Origin: Spirochaetia bacterium
Lineage (GTDB): Bacteria; Spirochaetota; Spirochaetia; CAKZLE01
Reading direction: 5' to 3'
Length of the DNA: 64,000 nt
NCBI GenBank assembly: GCA_963677595.1
Contig: OY782041.1
Location: forward strand, 1,568,001-1,632,000
Position numbers and translations under genes: made by a program. The notes beneath the pieces were generated by a model. That model did not search any database, had not been told where the DNA came from, and saw only the letters and a program-made list of their open reading frames with translations. Positions 38,560 through 48,678 of the stretch are shown in pieces. Every line of letters begins with the position of its first letter. Within the stretch, counting starts at the first letter, position 1.

Positions 38560-39510
38560 ATGGGAACGATATGGTATTTGCTGACCCTCTTCGCGTTCCT
38601 GGCCGCAGGCATGGTAAGTGCCCGGCTGGTGATCCCGGCAAGATGGAGTCCGGCTGTAGACAGACTGCTGACACTCTCGTTATATCTCCTGCTTTTCTTC
38701 ATGGGAGTGAGGACTGGCCTCATCGATGACATCGAGCAAAAACTGTCCATGATCGGCGGTTTAGCCCTGCTTTTTGCCGCTCTGACCGCTTTAGGGAGCG
38801 TGTTTATCGTCCTGCTCCTGAAGCGGCTGTTCCATCATGAACTGGAAGCGGGACAGGAAGGGACCCTGGAGGGAGATGGGGGAGGCAGGACTGCCGGCTC
38901 ATTCCTCTCCCATTTCAAAGACCCCCTGCAGCTCTTTCTCTGTGTAGCGGCTGGAGCCCTGCTGGCATACTTCACCCCGCTATTCTCCTGGTTCACCGAC
39001 TCGATCACGAATGTCATGCTGTATCTGCTGCTCTTCTTCGTTGGTGTGCAGATGGTGCAGAACAACACGGATGTCCTCGGTGTCCTGAAGGACCCGGTCT
39101 CCATCCTGCTGCCGGCGGCTACCGTTGTCGGCACGCTTGCCGGTTCGAGCCTGATCCCGCTCTTCACCGACCTGCGGATGTATGAGGCGCTGGCTATTGG
39201 TTCTGGCTTCGGCTGGTACTCGCTCTCCGGAGTCCTCATAACAGAGTTGGGTGACCCGGTACTCGGTTCGGTAGCCTTCCTGAGCAACCTGTTCAGGGAG
39301 AGCATCGCCTTCCTCATGATCCCGCTGCTCGCAAGCTATAACAAGCGGCATGCCGCTATCAGTATCGCAGGGGCAACGAGCATGGATGTCACGCTGCCGA
39401 TCATCGAGAAGTGTGACGGGACGGGGTATGTCCCCCTGTCGATAGCCCATGGGGTCGTCCTGACGCTGATCGTCCCCTTCCTCGTCCCATTCCTCTATGC
39501 CTTCGGCTGA
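38560..39510 (+). CDS. LysO/DUF340 lysine exporter family protein
   Basis: SGFGWYSLSG, NLFRE and GATSMDVTLP motifs. Confidence 0.9.
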   Translation: MGTIWYLLTLFAFLAAGMVSARLVIPARWSPAVDRLLTLSLYLLLFFMGVRTGLIDDIEQKLSMIGGLALLFAALTALGSVFIVLLLKRLFHHELEAGQEGTLEGDGGGRTAGSFLSHFKDPLQLFLCVAAGALLAYFTPLFSWFTDSITNVMLYLLLFFVGVQMVQNNTDVLGVLKDPVSILLPAATVVGTLAGSSLIPLFTDLRMYEALAIGSGFGWYSLSGVLITELGDPVLGSVAFLSNLFRESIAFLMIPLLASYNKRHAAISIAGATSMDVTLPIIEKCDGTGYVPLSIAHGVVLTLIVPFLVPFLYAFG

Positions 39511-39516
39511 GAAGTC

Positions 39517-39960
39517 CTACGTATCAAGGATCGGGATGAGTACCTGGTAGACATAGAACCCGGCTTCCCGCACTCCCCGCAAGATGACCGTATCTGAGGC
39601 CGGCGTCATGCCCCGGGCCTTCATTGCCTGGAGGCTGAACTGGAGAGCTGCGGTGATGCCTTCAGCAGAACTGTCGGAAAACTGGTAGAACAGGTATGCA
39701 CCCTCGCTGATGCTCCTGCTGTGGAAGGCTTCAGGGATCACGGTCTCACCAAGCGGTCCCGCCCCGATGGCGATGGAGGATCCTGATCCCGAGAACAGCT
39801 GGTCCCTGGTGGTGAAGACTGCTATCTCTTCGTCCACGAGTGTGATACCATGAGCTTCTGCAGAGGCACGCAACTGTTTCAATCCGCCATGTGGGTCGAA
39901 CAGGCTGTCCCTTACGGGGATGCAGAGGAAGTCCGTGGTCTGGTACATATGTAATTTCAT
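39517..39960 (-). CDS. Hypothetical protein (start uncertain)
   Basis: Fills the gap between lysO and the M48 gene with host-like codon usage; no motif recognised. Confidence 0.5.
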   Translation of the reverse strand: MKLHMYQTTDFLCIPVRDSLFDPHGGLKQLRASAEAHGITLVDEEIAVFTTRDQLFSGSGSSIAIGAGPLGETVIPEAFHSRSISEGAYLFYQFSDSSAEGITAALQFSLQAMKARGMTPASDTVILRGVREAGFYVYQVLIPILDT

Positions 39961-39967
39961 CACGTTC

Positions 39968-40708
39968 ATGCAGAGGATAGTAGTGAATTCAGAAGGAAAA
40001 GTACAGTATACGATACATAAAAGCAGGAAAAGAAGCTCTGTTGCCATCAAGGTCACTGCTGCGGGGACCGTCGAGGTTTATGCGCCCTCCTGGTGCCGGG
40101 AGTCCGAGATCGAGGAGATCCTGCGGAAGAAATCAGCCTGGATCGAGGAGAAGGTCGGGAAGTACCTGGCCTACGCCCCGAACGTCGAGCATGCCTATAT
40201 ATCGGGCGAGGTCTTCTATCATCTTGGGAGGCCGGTCACGCTCACCCTGGAACGGGGCGAGCGGGCAGGGGCTGCCCTCGAGGATGGGAGGCTGCTTGTC
40301 TGGCTGCCTTCACGGGTGGTAGATAGAGGAGAGGCCTCCCGGTACTGCAGGTCCCGGGTGATCGAATGGTACCGTAGGGAGGCCCTGCAGTACCTGAGTC
40401 GCAGGACCGCCTACTGGGAGACGATCCACCCGGAACTGAAAGGCCGTAACCACGGTGCCGAGATCACCGTCCGGAAGATGAGGAGACGGTGGGGGAGCTG
40501 CGACCGGCAGGGGAATATTCGGTACAACCTCCAGCTGGTATGTGCCCCGGAGAAGTTCATCGACTGCATCATCGTCCATGAACTGTGCCACCGGCTGGAA
40601 TTCGGCCATGGAAAGGCATTCATGCGACTGGTGTGCTCCTATATCCCGGACTACCGTGAGTATATGGAAGAAGCGATAAAACAGGCGGGGTTATGGAGTA
40701 TTTCATGA
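39968..40708 (+). CDS. DUF45/YgjP-like zinc metallohydrolase (M48/SprT-like)
   Basis: MRRRWGSC and IIVHELCH..E..H...F motifs. Start is 39968 or GTG 39983. Confidence 0.88.
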   Translation: MQRIVVNSEGKVQYTIHKSRKRSSVAIKVTAAGTVEVYAPSWCRESEIEEILRKKSAWIEEKVGKYLAYAPNVEHAYISGEVFYHLGRPVTLTLERGERAGAALEDGRLLVWLPSRVVDRGEASRYCRSRVIEWYRREALQYLSRRTAYWETIHPELKGRNHGAEITVRKMRRRWGSCDRQGNIRYNLQLVCAPEKFIDCIIVHELCHRLEFGHGKAFMRLVCSYIPDYREYMEEAIKQAGLWSIS

Positions 40709-40816
40709 TTCCTGAGTATTATACTAACCAGGTGCATTGACGTTATCCGGTTCTCTATGTAATGGTATACGAAACAATAGATAATGTTGAACAGCACGTG
40801 AAGAGGGAGAAGATCT

Positions 40817-42031
40817 ATGAAAGCAGTAGAGATAGCAAAGGATGTGTACGGCCTGGTCGCGAACATCGGGAACCGGGACCTGTTCGAGGGGATCTGGCCG
40901 ATCCCCCACGGCGTATCATTGAACTCATATATCGTGAAAGGTGAGAAGGTCGCGCTCATCGACCTGGTCAAGGACTGGGAACATGCGGTGGACGCGATCT
41001 CCGAACAGATGGGGGAGATCGGCCTCTCGCTCGAAACGATCGATTACCTGGTCATCAACCACATGGAACCCGACCATACCGGATGGCTGGCTGAGATGAA
41101 GCAGCGGAACCCTAACCTGCAGATCCTCTGCAGCAAGAAGGCGGTCCCGCTCATCTCGGCGTTCTACGGGATCGATGAGGGGGTACGGGCAGTCGGCAGC
41201 GGTGATGAATTGGACCTCGGCGGGAAGAAGCTCGTCTTTGAGGACACGCCGAACATCCACTGGCCGGAGACGATGATGACCTACGAGCCGGAATCGGGCG
41301 TACTCTTCTCATGTGATGCATTCGGGTCCTTTGGGAGCCTCGGAGAGCATGTTTTTGATGATGAGCTCACCGAAGAGGAGAGGAAATTCTATGCTTCAGA
41401 GGCTGAACGCTACTATGCGAACATCGTCTCGACCTTCTCCGCCTTCGTGGAGCGGGGGATCAAGAAACTCGAGGGACTCACAGTGAATGTCATCGCCCCG
41501 AGCCATGGGGTGATCTGGCGCGACAAGCCGGAGGAGATCATCGAGCATTACCTGAAGCTCGCCTCATACAAGAACGGGCCTGCAGAGCAGGAGGTGACCG
41601 TGATCTGGAGCAGCATGTACGGGAACACCGAGGCTCTGCTTGCATCGGTCCTTGACGGCCTGGCATCGGAAGGCGTCACCGCCCATGTACACCGTGTTCC
41701 CCAGGAGCATGTATCCTTCGTCCTGGCCTCTGCCTGGAGGTCATCAGGGATCATCATCGGTACCCCGACATACGAGTACAAGATGTTCCCGCCGATGTAT
41801 GCGGTGCTCGACATCCTCGACCGCAGCCATGTCCTGAACAGGAAGGCCTTCCGGTTCGGTTCCTACGGCTGGTCCGGTGGAGCACAGAAGCAGTTCGACG
41901 AGTTCAACAAGTCACTCAAGTGGGACTGCTCGGAGATGGTGGAGTACCAGGGCGCACCGACTGATGACGACAGGAAGCGCGCATATGACTCAGCTGCCGA
42001 GCTGGCACGAAAGGTCAAGGCCTGGGTCTAG
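40817..42031 (+). CDS. fprA: Flavodiiron protein (FprA, type A flavoprotein)
   Basis: NHMEPDH, HWPE, FSCDAFG, PSHG, SMYGNT and FGSYGWSGG motifs. Confidence 0.93.
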   Translation: MKAVEIAKDVYGLVANIGNRDLFEGIWPIPHGVSLNSYIVKGEKVALIDLVKDWEHAVDAISEQMGEIGLSLETIDYLVINHMEPDHTGWLAEMKQRNPNLQILCSKKAVPLISAFYGIDEGVRAVGSGDELDLGGKKLVFEDTPNIHWPETMMTYEPESGVLFSCDAFGSFGSLGEHVFDDELTEEERKFYASEAERYYANIVSTFSAFVERGIKKLEGLTVNVIAPSHGVIWRDKPEEIIEHYLKLASYKNGPAEQEVTVIWSSMYGNTEALLASVLDGLASEGVTAHVHRVPQEHVSFVLASAWRSSGIIIGTPTYEYKMFPPMYAVLDILDRSHVLNRKAFRFGSYGWSGGAQKQFDEFNKSLKWDCSEMVEYQGAPTDDDRKRAYDSAAELARKVKAWV

Positions 42032-42758
42032 CGGCAGCAGACAGGAACGACTCGAACAGGGGGCGCATGGAATTTCCATGCGCCATCATCATCTCCGGGT
42101 GCCACTGTACCCCGACGGCGAACTGCTTCGGGTCGCTATGCTCGATCGCTTCAACGATCCCGTCAGGTGCCAGTCCCGTGACCCGGAATGTGTCCGGGCA
42201 GTCATGCAGGCACATATGGTGGAAACTGTTCGTCTCGATACCCTCACCGAACAACCTGGCCAGGAGGCTCCTATCGGTGAAGGAGACCGTGTGGGTCGTA
42301 TCCCAGCGCGGGGCATCCTGCATATGTTTCAGTGGGTAGCCGACCGCGATCGAGGTATCCTGGTAGAGGGTCCCGCCCCCGGCAACGGTAAGCAGCTGGA
42401 AACCCCGGCAGATCCCGAGGATCGGGACGTGCTGGTCCAGTGCCTCTTTGAGCAGGGACAGCTGTGCGCTGTCCACTTCGCCGTGGGTGTGCTGCAGCAG
42501 GGGGTGTGTATCCTCTCCGAAGAACTTCGGATGGATATCATAGCCTCCAGAGAGCAGTAAGCCATTGATCCTGCCGATGAGCGGTGTCAGCAGGGTTGGA
42601 TCAGCCGTAACCGGCAGGATGATCGGGAAGCCCCCGCAGTCCTCCACCGACTGGACGTAGTCATGGTTCACATAATCCCGTTCCATCCCCCAGAAGGGCT
42701 TGTCGGTAACGGCCAGCCGGTTGCCCAGGATGCCGATGACCGGTCTCTTCATCTCCAT
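42015..42758 (-). CDS. Peptidase C26 / gamma-glutamyl-GABA hydrolase family amidotransferase
   Basis: LSGGYDI, LGICRGFQ, NSFHH and VQWHPE motifs. Confidence 0.92.
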   Translation of the reverse strand: MEMKRPVIGILGNRLAVTDKPFWGMERDYVNHDYVQSVEDCGGFPIILPVTADPTLLTPLIGRINGLLLSGGYDIHPKFFGEDTHPLLQHTHGEVDSAQLSLLKEALDQHVPILGICRGFQLLTVAGGGTLYQDTSIAVGYPLKHMQDAPRWDTTHTVSFTDRSLLARLFGEGIETNSFHHMCLHDCPDTFRVTGLAPDGIVEAIEHSDPKQFAVGVQWHPEMMMAHGNSMRPLFESFLSAAARPRP

Positions 42759-42762
42759 CTCT

Positions 42763-44226
42763 TTACCCCTTCGCGATATGCCCGAGGAGCGCCGTGAGGT
42801 AGTTGAACACCCGTGCCGCTGAGGAGAGGCTCATCTGTTCATCGGTTGAGTGGACCCCGCTCAGGTCAGGACCGAAGGAGATGGAATCCATATCCTCTGC
42901 CTTGCTGTTGATGACCCCGCATTCCAGTCCTGCATGGATGGCAGTCACCACCGGTTCCTTCCCAGTGAACTCCCGGTAGAAATCCGCACAGACTCCCGCC
43001 ATGGGGGAATCGGGGTTCGGTGTCCATGAGGGGTATTCGTTCACCTTGTCCGTCACCGCCCCGCAGCTCTCGAAGGCGATAGCCGTTCGTTCCTCCATGT
43101 CGTCCCGTGCTGAGAGGATCGATGACCGTTGGCTGGAGGTGAAGGAGAAGGAGCCCTCCCCGAGTCTCACGACAGCCATGTTGTTCGAGGTCTCCACGAG
43201 CCCGGGGATCGTCCTGCTCATGGCATCGACCCCGTTGGGAGTCAGGATGAGCGCATCGATGACCGCTTCCGACTGTGCAGCACTGACAGCTCTCTGTGGC
43301 AGTGCCGCTTCAGCTGCGGTAACGGCAGTATCCGGGTCAGCGGTGCCGAGTTCTGCCTTGAGGGCATCACTGATGGTTGATACAGCTTCCCTCACCAGGG
43401 ACTCACTTCCCTCAGGGAGGATGCAGGTGCAGTAGAAGGTGCTCGGGATCACGTTGCGCTTGGTGCCGCTTGAGATCGACGCGATCTGGAGCGGCACCTG
43501 CCTGCACAGCAGCTTGAGCAGCCGTGCGCCTGCCTTGATCGCATTGCCTCTCCCGGTATGGATCTCGGCTCCCGAATGGCCCCCGATGAAGCCTGAGAGC
43601 GTGATGTCCCAGGCCTCGGAGCCAGCAGGGATCCCCTCCCATGCAGCTTCGAGTGACCCCACGACCTCCCCGCCGCCTGCGCACCCGATATAGAAGACCC
43701 CCTCCTCCTCGGAGTCGAGGTTGATCAACCTCCTGCTGTTCACGTTTGAAATATCGAGGCCGAAGGCCCCGTCGAGCCCGGTCTCCTCGGAGACGGTGAA
43801 GATCCCCTCCAGCGGCCCATGGGTAAGCGTATCATCATCGAATATTGCAAGGATCATCGCAATAGCGATCCCGTTGTCCGCCCCGAGGGTAGTCCCTTCC
43901 GCACTCAGGGAATCCCCGGTGACCTGGAGCTTGATCGGGTCCGCGGCGAAATCATGCCTGTAATCATCATCTTTGACACAGACCATGTCCATATGGCCCT
44001 GCATCGCTATGGATTGTGCATCTTCTGTCCCTACAGTCCCCGGCTTCCTGATGACCACATTGCCGACAGCGTCGGTCGCATGCCAGAGGCCGTGGTCCTG
44101 TGCGAAGGTGATGAGGTATTCACGGACCCCCTGTTCATTCCCCGATTCCCTCGGGATCTGGGAGAGTTCATAGAAATACCGCAGCACCGCTGCCGGTTCA
44201 TGGGAGAGAAGGTCTTGTTTCGTCAT
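42763..44226 (-). CDS. pepD: Aminoacyl-histidine dipeptidase (M20C)
   Basis: QGHMDMV, LGADNGI, SEETG, NLDSEE, GGHSG and HAGLECG motifs. Confidence 0.93.
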   Translation of the reverse strand: MTKQDLLSHEPAAVLRYFYELSQIPRESGNEQGVREYLITFAQDHGLWHATDAVGNVVIRKPGTVGTEDAQSIAMQGHMDMVCVKDDDYRHDFAADPIKLQVTGDSLSAEGTTLGADNGIAIAMILAIFDDDTLTHGPLEGIFTVSEETGLDGAFGLDISNVNSRRLINLDSEEEGVFYIGCAGGGEVVGSLEAAWEGIPAGSEAWDITLSGFIGGHSGAEIHTGRGNAIKAGARLLKLLCRQVPLQIASISSGTKRNVIPSTFYCTCILPEGSESLVREAVSTISDALKAELGTADPDTAVTAAEAALPQRAVSAAQSEAVIDALILTPNGVDAMSRTIPGLVETSNNMAVVRLGEGSFSFTSSQRSSILSARDDMEERTAIAFESCGAVTDKVNEYPSWTPNPDSPMAGVCADFYREFTGKEPVVTAIHAGLECGVINSKAEDMDSISFGPDLSGVHSTDEQMSLSSAARVFNYLTALLGHIAKG

Positions 44227-44330
44227 ACAGTAGTCCTTTGTTGTTGATTCTACGGTATGAGTATATACCCTTGCGAGAAAAAATCCATAGGCAGGAAACA
44301 GATTGTCAGGAAATGAGGGGCGGGGGGACC

Positions 44331-45689
44331 CTAGAGCGTCTCCCTGGTATACGGCAGGCGGATGGTGCAGAGCACCTTCCCCTCGGGGAGGTTGTCCAGT
44401 GAGATGGTGCCGTCAAGGAGGTTGGAGACCCGCTTTGCCAGCGTCAGCCCCAGCCCGGAACCGGACGTGTTGCGGGAGAGGTCCCCGCGGACGAGATCCT
44501 TGAAGAGCGAGGAGATGGAATCCTCGGGGATCCTTCCGGTGTTCTCGATACTGAAGAAGATGTACCTGCTGCCGGAGTAGCATGTGGCGGTGATCTCCCC
44601 ACCCTCAGGGGTGTAGATGAACGCATTCTCGATGACTGCATCGAGAGCTTTCGTGAGCAGGAACTGGTCTGCGAAGAAGGTGAAATCCTCGATCTTGTGG
44701 GTAAGGTGGATCGACTTTCGCTCCTCCAGGTCTGAGAAGGAGTTCAGCAGCCCGTTGAGGAACGGTTTGCTCTGGATTCGGGATGGGGAGATCGTGATGT
44801 CAGGGGAATCGAGGAGCGAAAGGTCCATGAAGGAGTGTATCCGGTTCTCGAGGACGAGGAGCTCCCGCTTCATCTGCGCATACATCTTCTCGGATGGGGG
44901 GAAGACCCCGTCGAGCAGCCCCTCTATCCGTACTTTCAGGGCGGTGACGGGGGTGTTGAGGTCATGGCCGATGTTCTTCAGCCAGTTCGATCGCTCCCGT
45001 TCATTATCGGTGATCTCCTTCTGGAGGGCTCTCACGTCATCGGTGATCCGCTCGATCTCCCTGATACTCGAGATATTCCGTATCTCGGCGGTGCTGTTGC
45101 CCCGGGTGATCATGCTGAGGGATTCAGATATCTGTGAGATCGGTTTGGAGATATTCTTCGAGAGGATGACGGCCAGGACCGTCGATATGACCACGGCGGC
45201 CAGGATGCTGCTGATGAGTGCGGTAAGGATCTTATCAAACAGGTCCTGGGTCATCTTGAAGGCCGATGGGGAGAACGTCCCTATCGTGACGGTCCCCATG
45301 AGATTCCCCGCATACATGACTGGAATATCGAAGCCCCTGGGGACCATATCCTTCGAGGGATGGGCTCCGTCATCCTCATCAACGGGGTCCCGCTTCATGG
45401 AGATGACCTCATTCCCTTCCGTATCGGTGAATGACAGGTAGGAGATCCTGGTATCCTCGATCGAGTTGACGATGACATCGGTGAGGACCACGCTCTTGCC
45501 CAGGGCCTCCTGCTCCTCGGCGAACTGGAGGTTCGTCTGGAGGTTTGAGGTGAACTCACTCACGATCTCCTCGTTCCAGCGGTTGGTTGCCTGGACTGAT
45601 GAGATATAGATGGATGCGAACACGATGGCAAGAACCAGGAGTACGGTGATGATGATCGAGCCGAATATCCTTGAGAAGAGTGTACGCAT
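44331..45689 (-). CDS. Membrane sensor histidine kinase (2 TM, HAMP; BaeS/CssS-like)
   Basis: H-box GHDLNTPV, N-box ENAFIYT and G-box SGSGLGL. Confidence 0.93.
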   Translation of the reverse strand: MRTLFSRIFGSIIITVLLVLAIVFASIYISSVQATNRWNEEIVSEFTSNLQTNLQFAEEQEALGKSVVLTDVIVNSIEDTRISYLSFTDTEGNEVISMKRDPVDEDDGAHPSKDMVPRGFDIPVMYAGNLMGTVTIGTFSPSAFKMTQDLFDKILTALISSILAAVVISTVLAVILSKNISKPISQISESLSMITRGNSTAEIRNISSIREIERITDDVRALQKEITDNERERSNWLKNIGHDLNTPVTALKVRIEGLLDGVFPPSEKMYAQMKRELLVLENRIHSFMDLSLLDSPDITISPSRIQSKPFLNGLLNSFSDLEERKSIHLTHKIEDFTFFADQFLLTKALDAVIENAFIYTPEGGEITATCYSGSRYIFFSIENTGRIPEDSISSLFKDLVRGDLSRNTSGSGLGLTLAKRVSNLLDGTISLDNLPEGKVLCTIRLPYTRETL

Positions 45690-45701
45690 AGGCTGCTCCC
45701 C

Positions 45702-46391
45702 CTACGCCTGGGTCCCGGTGAACACGTAGCCGTATCCACGGATCGTGGAGATCCACTTGGCATTCCCGAGCTTGGACCGGATGTTCTTGATATGAGTATC
45801 GACGATCCGGTCGTTCGAGTCATAGGAGTAGTTGAGGCAGTATTCGAGGATATGATCCCGTGAGATCACATTCCCGGAGTTCTCGATGAGGTGGATGAGG
45901 ATCTTCCATTCCGCGGCCGTGAGGAGGATCGGTTTCCCCTTGATGGAGAGGCTGTGCCGTGCCGGCTCGATCTCGAGGGTCTCATCACCGAGTTCCCAGG
46001 TCTTGCCCTGTTGTGCGGCCTCTGCCGTCCCCTCGGTGCGGTTGAGGATCGCCTTCACCCTGAGGACGAGCTCCTTGGGGGAGAAGGGCTTCGCGATATA
46101 ATCATCTGCCCCGAGCTCGAACCCGAGGATTCGGTCGGACTCGGAGTTCCTGGCGGTCATGAAGACGATGGGGAAGGTGTGGGTCTTCCGTATCCTCTTT
46201 GCCAGGAGGAACCCGTCCCCGTCGGGGAGCATGACATCGAGGATCGCGAGATCCGGGACCTCCTTGGACAGGCCCCGCTCGAAGTCCTTGACGCAGGCAT
46301 AAGACTGGACCTGGAGTTCAGACAGCTCAAGATAAGCATGGAGACTCTCCCTGATGGATTCATTATCTTCAACTACGTATATCGTTTTCAT
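45702..46391 (-). CDS. OmpR-family response regulator
   Basis: VVED, LDVMLPDGDG, GADDYIAKPF, VDTHIKNIRSKL and TIRGYGY motifs. Confidence 0.95.
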   Translation of the reverse strand: MKTIYVVEDNESIRESLHAYLELSELQVQSYACVKDFERGLSKEVPDLAILDVMLPDGDGFLLAKRIRKTHTFPIVFMTARNSESDRILGFELGADDYIAKPFSPKELVLRVKAILNRTEGTAEAAQQGKTWELGDETLEIEPARHSLSIKGKPILLTAAEWKILIHLIENSGNVISRDHILEYCLNYSYDSNDRIVDTHIKNIRSKLGNAKWISTIRGYGYVFTGTQA

Positions 46392-46431
46392 GTAGCCTAT
46401 TATGCAGTAATGACCTGCGATGCGCAACAAT

Positions 46432-46492
46432 CGACACGAACAATACACGAAACTTCACAGAAACTCCACAAATGGTCCATACCGTCTCCATA
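46432..46492 (+). promoter_or_regulatory. Phased heptamer array 1 (candidate response-regulator boxes)
   Basis: CGACACG, ATACACG, CTTCACA, CTCCACA, GTCCATA and CTCCATA at 46432, 46443, 46453, 46464, 46475 and 46486. Confidence 0.7.
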
Positions 46493-46546
46493 CTCGGTCG
46501 ATAGGGTGAGGACATCACTACTAACGATAAGGATGTGAGGCAGAAG

Positions 46547-47275
46547 ATGAGCATAGCCGGAAAGAAGATCATAGGCATCATCATGGTCATAGTATGTATA
46601 GGTTCAGCCAGCCTGTTCGCTGACTCCCTCTGGAGGATAGCTGATGAGATCGCGCAGGAGAGCAGTTCGCTCATTCCCGCGATGACGGAGATCACCTACG
46701 GGGAGACCAACGGCTTCGGCGTCCAGATGACCGAGGAGGAGGCCGTGATCCTGCATGGGGAGAACCGCATCGGTTCCCTGACCGTCAGGGAGTTCGGGGA
46801 GGATGATGTCTTTGCGGTGATCGGGACTTTCACTGAGGGGCTGGCATTCAGCCCCTTCGCTGAAGGGGTGGAGGAGCTGGAGTATGAGCAGACCGGGGAA
46901 AGTGAGCTCGTAGGCGGGGTCAGGGCCGTCGAGTATGCGTTCGACCTGGTCATCGACGAGGCGCTCATCACGTATGGTTCCTTCGTCGAGAGCGGAAATG
47001 ATATAGAGATAGAGGGGTCAGTCTGGATCGCAGCCGATGAGGGCTATGCCGTGAAGGTTGAGCTTGCCTACAGCAGGTATGACAACTACACCGGTTCCCT
47101 TGCCATCACGCAGGAGACCCTGTTCAAGTATGAGGATGACCAATGGCTCCCTCTCAAGACCCTTACGAAGGGAAAACAGGTCTTCACCCGGCCGGACAAG
47201 ACCGAGAAGCGCATAGACTTCATCCTGACGGAGGCCTATGCGAAGTTCTTTGAAGCAGAATCGTATGCACGGTAG
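46547..47275 (+). CDS. Exported acidic beta-rich protein, paralog A
   Basis: Signal peptide. Shares GEDDVFAVIG.FT.GLAFSPFA, EG.VWI...EGYAVK.E, QVFT..DKTE and C-terminal YAR with 48679-49422. Confidence 0.8.
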   Translation: MSIAGKKIIGIIMVIVCIGSASLFADSLWRIADEIAQESSSLIPAMTEITYGETNGFGVQMTEEEAVILHGENRIGSLTVREFGEDDVFAVIGTFTEGLAFSPFAEGVEELEYEQTGESELVGGVRAVEYAFDLVIDEALITYGSFVESGNDIEIEGSVWIAADEGYAVKVELAYSRYDNYTGSLAITQETLFKYEDDQWLPLKTLTKGKQVFTRPDKTEKRIDFILTEAYAKFFEAESYAR

Positions 47276-47337
47276 ATCCCTGCAGATGAGATAATGAGTA
47301 CGGGGAAGCTTGCTTCCCCATTTCTTTGGGTGAACAG

Positions 47338-47398
47338 CTACACACAATCTACACATAACTTCACATACAAAACAAAAAAACTACAGATGGGCCACACA
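47338..47398 (+). promoter_or_regulatory. Phased heptamer array 2
   Basis: CTACACA, CTACACA, CTTCACA, AAACAAA (degenerate), CTACAGA and CCACACA at 47338, 47349, 47359, 47370, 47381 and 47392. Confidence 0.6.
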
Positions 47399-47449
47399 GT
47401 ACTCACCTACAGTGCATGTATCACGTAAATTTTGCTTTTGGAGGAAACC

Positions 47450-48430
47450 ATGAAAAGAGCTATGATCGCGGCATGCATCCTTGTATTCGCTGCTGCCAGT
47501 ACCTTTGCTGTTGACCTGTCCGGAGAGTTCTCGTATTACCTTGACATCCCGCTTGACGGGTCTGCCTTCGCTGAATCAAGCTATGATTCGACCGGCTTGT
47601 TCTCCGGTGACTTCGACATCTCGGTAACGGCTGACAACTACTCAGTGAGTGTCAGCGGCGATGCGGATGGAGACTTCAATGTCGACCATATGGAAGGCGT
47701 CCTGGAGGTTGACCTGACCGGTGCCCTGGCTGAGGCTGACATTGAGCTGCCGGCTGATGTGACCGTCCAGATCGGGAACGACGGCTATACAGCGACCGGC
47801 CTGTACAAGGACCCGAACTATAAGTACTTCGACGATGAAGGGACCCAGGGCGCGACTGCGATCGGTGCCTCCATCGGCTTGGATATGTTCACGCTCGAAG
47901 TAGGGGCTGATATGCTCTCACTCAATGACGGGAATGCGGCTACCCCGGTAGATATCGTGGCAGGACTCGTCGTTGCCCCGACTGACGGTGTGAAGGTTGC
48001 CGTGAACTATGACACCGCATCAGAAGCACTGGCTACATCCGGTAAGGTGGATGTGGAAGCGCTTGCTGATACCCCTCTTGATGCACTTGCCCTCACCTAC
48101 GGGGTCAATGTGGACTTCGCGAACTCCGATACCGTCTTCGGCGTCTGCCTTGATGCGGAAGTAGAGAAGGTCGAGACGAAAGTATGGTATGAGTACAACA
48201 ACTCAGGTGCAAACGAGCACGAGATCGCTGCATCCTTCGATTATGCCGCAAGTGATGTCCTCGCTCCCTATGCATCCATCGCCTGTACGGACCTCGCTGC
48301 CTTCGCGACCTCTGTAGAGTACTCAGTCGGTGCGACCTACACCCTCGGCGGGATCGACTACACGGCAGAGCTGGAAGGTGACACGACAGCGGCACCCACG
48401 CTCTCCCTCGGTCTCGACATCGCATTCTAA
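47450..48430 (+). CDS. Putative outer-membrane beta-barrel/porin-like protein
   Basis: SD GGAGG, signal peptide ending TFA, alternating amphipathic strands and terminal LSLGLDIAF. Confidence 0.7.
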   Translation: MKRAMIAACILVFAAASTFAVDLSGEFSYYLDIPLDGSAFAESSYDSTGLFSGDFDISVTADNYSVSVSGDADGDFNVDHMEGVLEVDLTGALAEADIELPADVTVQIGNDGYTATGLYKDPNYKYFDDEGTQGATAIGASIGLDMFTLEVGADMLSLNDGNAATPVDIVAGLVVAPTDGVKVAVNYDTASEALATSGKVDVEALADTPLDALALTYGVNVDFANSDTVFGVCLDAEVEKVETKVWYEYNNSGANEHEIAASFDYAASDVLAPYASIACTDLAAFATSVEYSVGATYTLGGIDYTAELEGDTTAAPTLSLGLDIAF

Positions 48431-48493
48431 CCACGTATCCAAAGGGATCGAAGCTTCCTCTTATTAAGCTCGGGTTCCCTTTTATTTAGCTAT

Positions 48494-48527
48494 CGGCTCT
48501 CCCTGCGTTGCAGGGGGGGCTGTTTTT
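48494..48527 (+). terminator. Intrinsic terminator
   Basis: CGGCTCTCCCTGC-GTT-GCAGGGGGGGCTG followed by TTTTT. Confidence 0.75.
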
Positions 48528-48539
48528 GATTATACACAG

Positions 48540-48600
48540 CTCCACAACTACCTGACAAAACTTCACATAAACTCCATAGACAGTCCATACAGCCTCCATA
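48540..48600 (+). promoter_or_regulatory. Phased heptamer array 3
   Basis: CTCCACA, CCTGACA, CTTCACA, CTCCATA, GTCCATA and CTCCATA at 48540, 48551, 48561, 48572, 48583 and 48594. Confidence 0.7.
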
Positions 48601-48678
48601 CCGGTCCCCTATATTCTAATCAGTCAGTACGACAGAACAGAGAAATCAAATTTTTAACGAATGATAGGAGATACCAAG

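Noticed and set aside
46432-48600. Phased repeats considered as a CRISPR array or iterons
   Set aside because: The units are degenerate 7-mers at a 10-11 bp period with no spacers, and there are no cas or rep genes.
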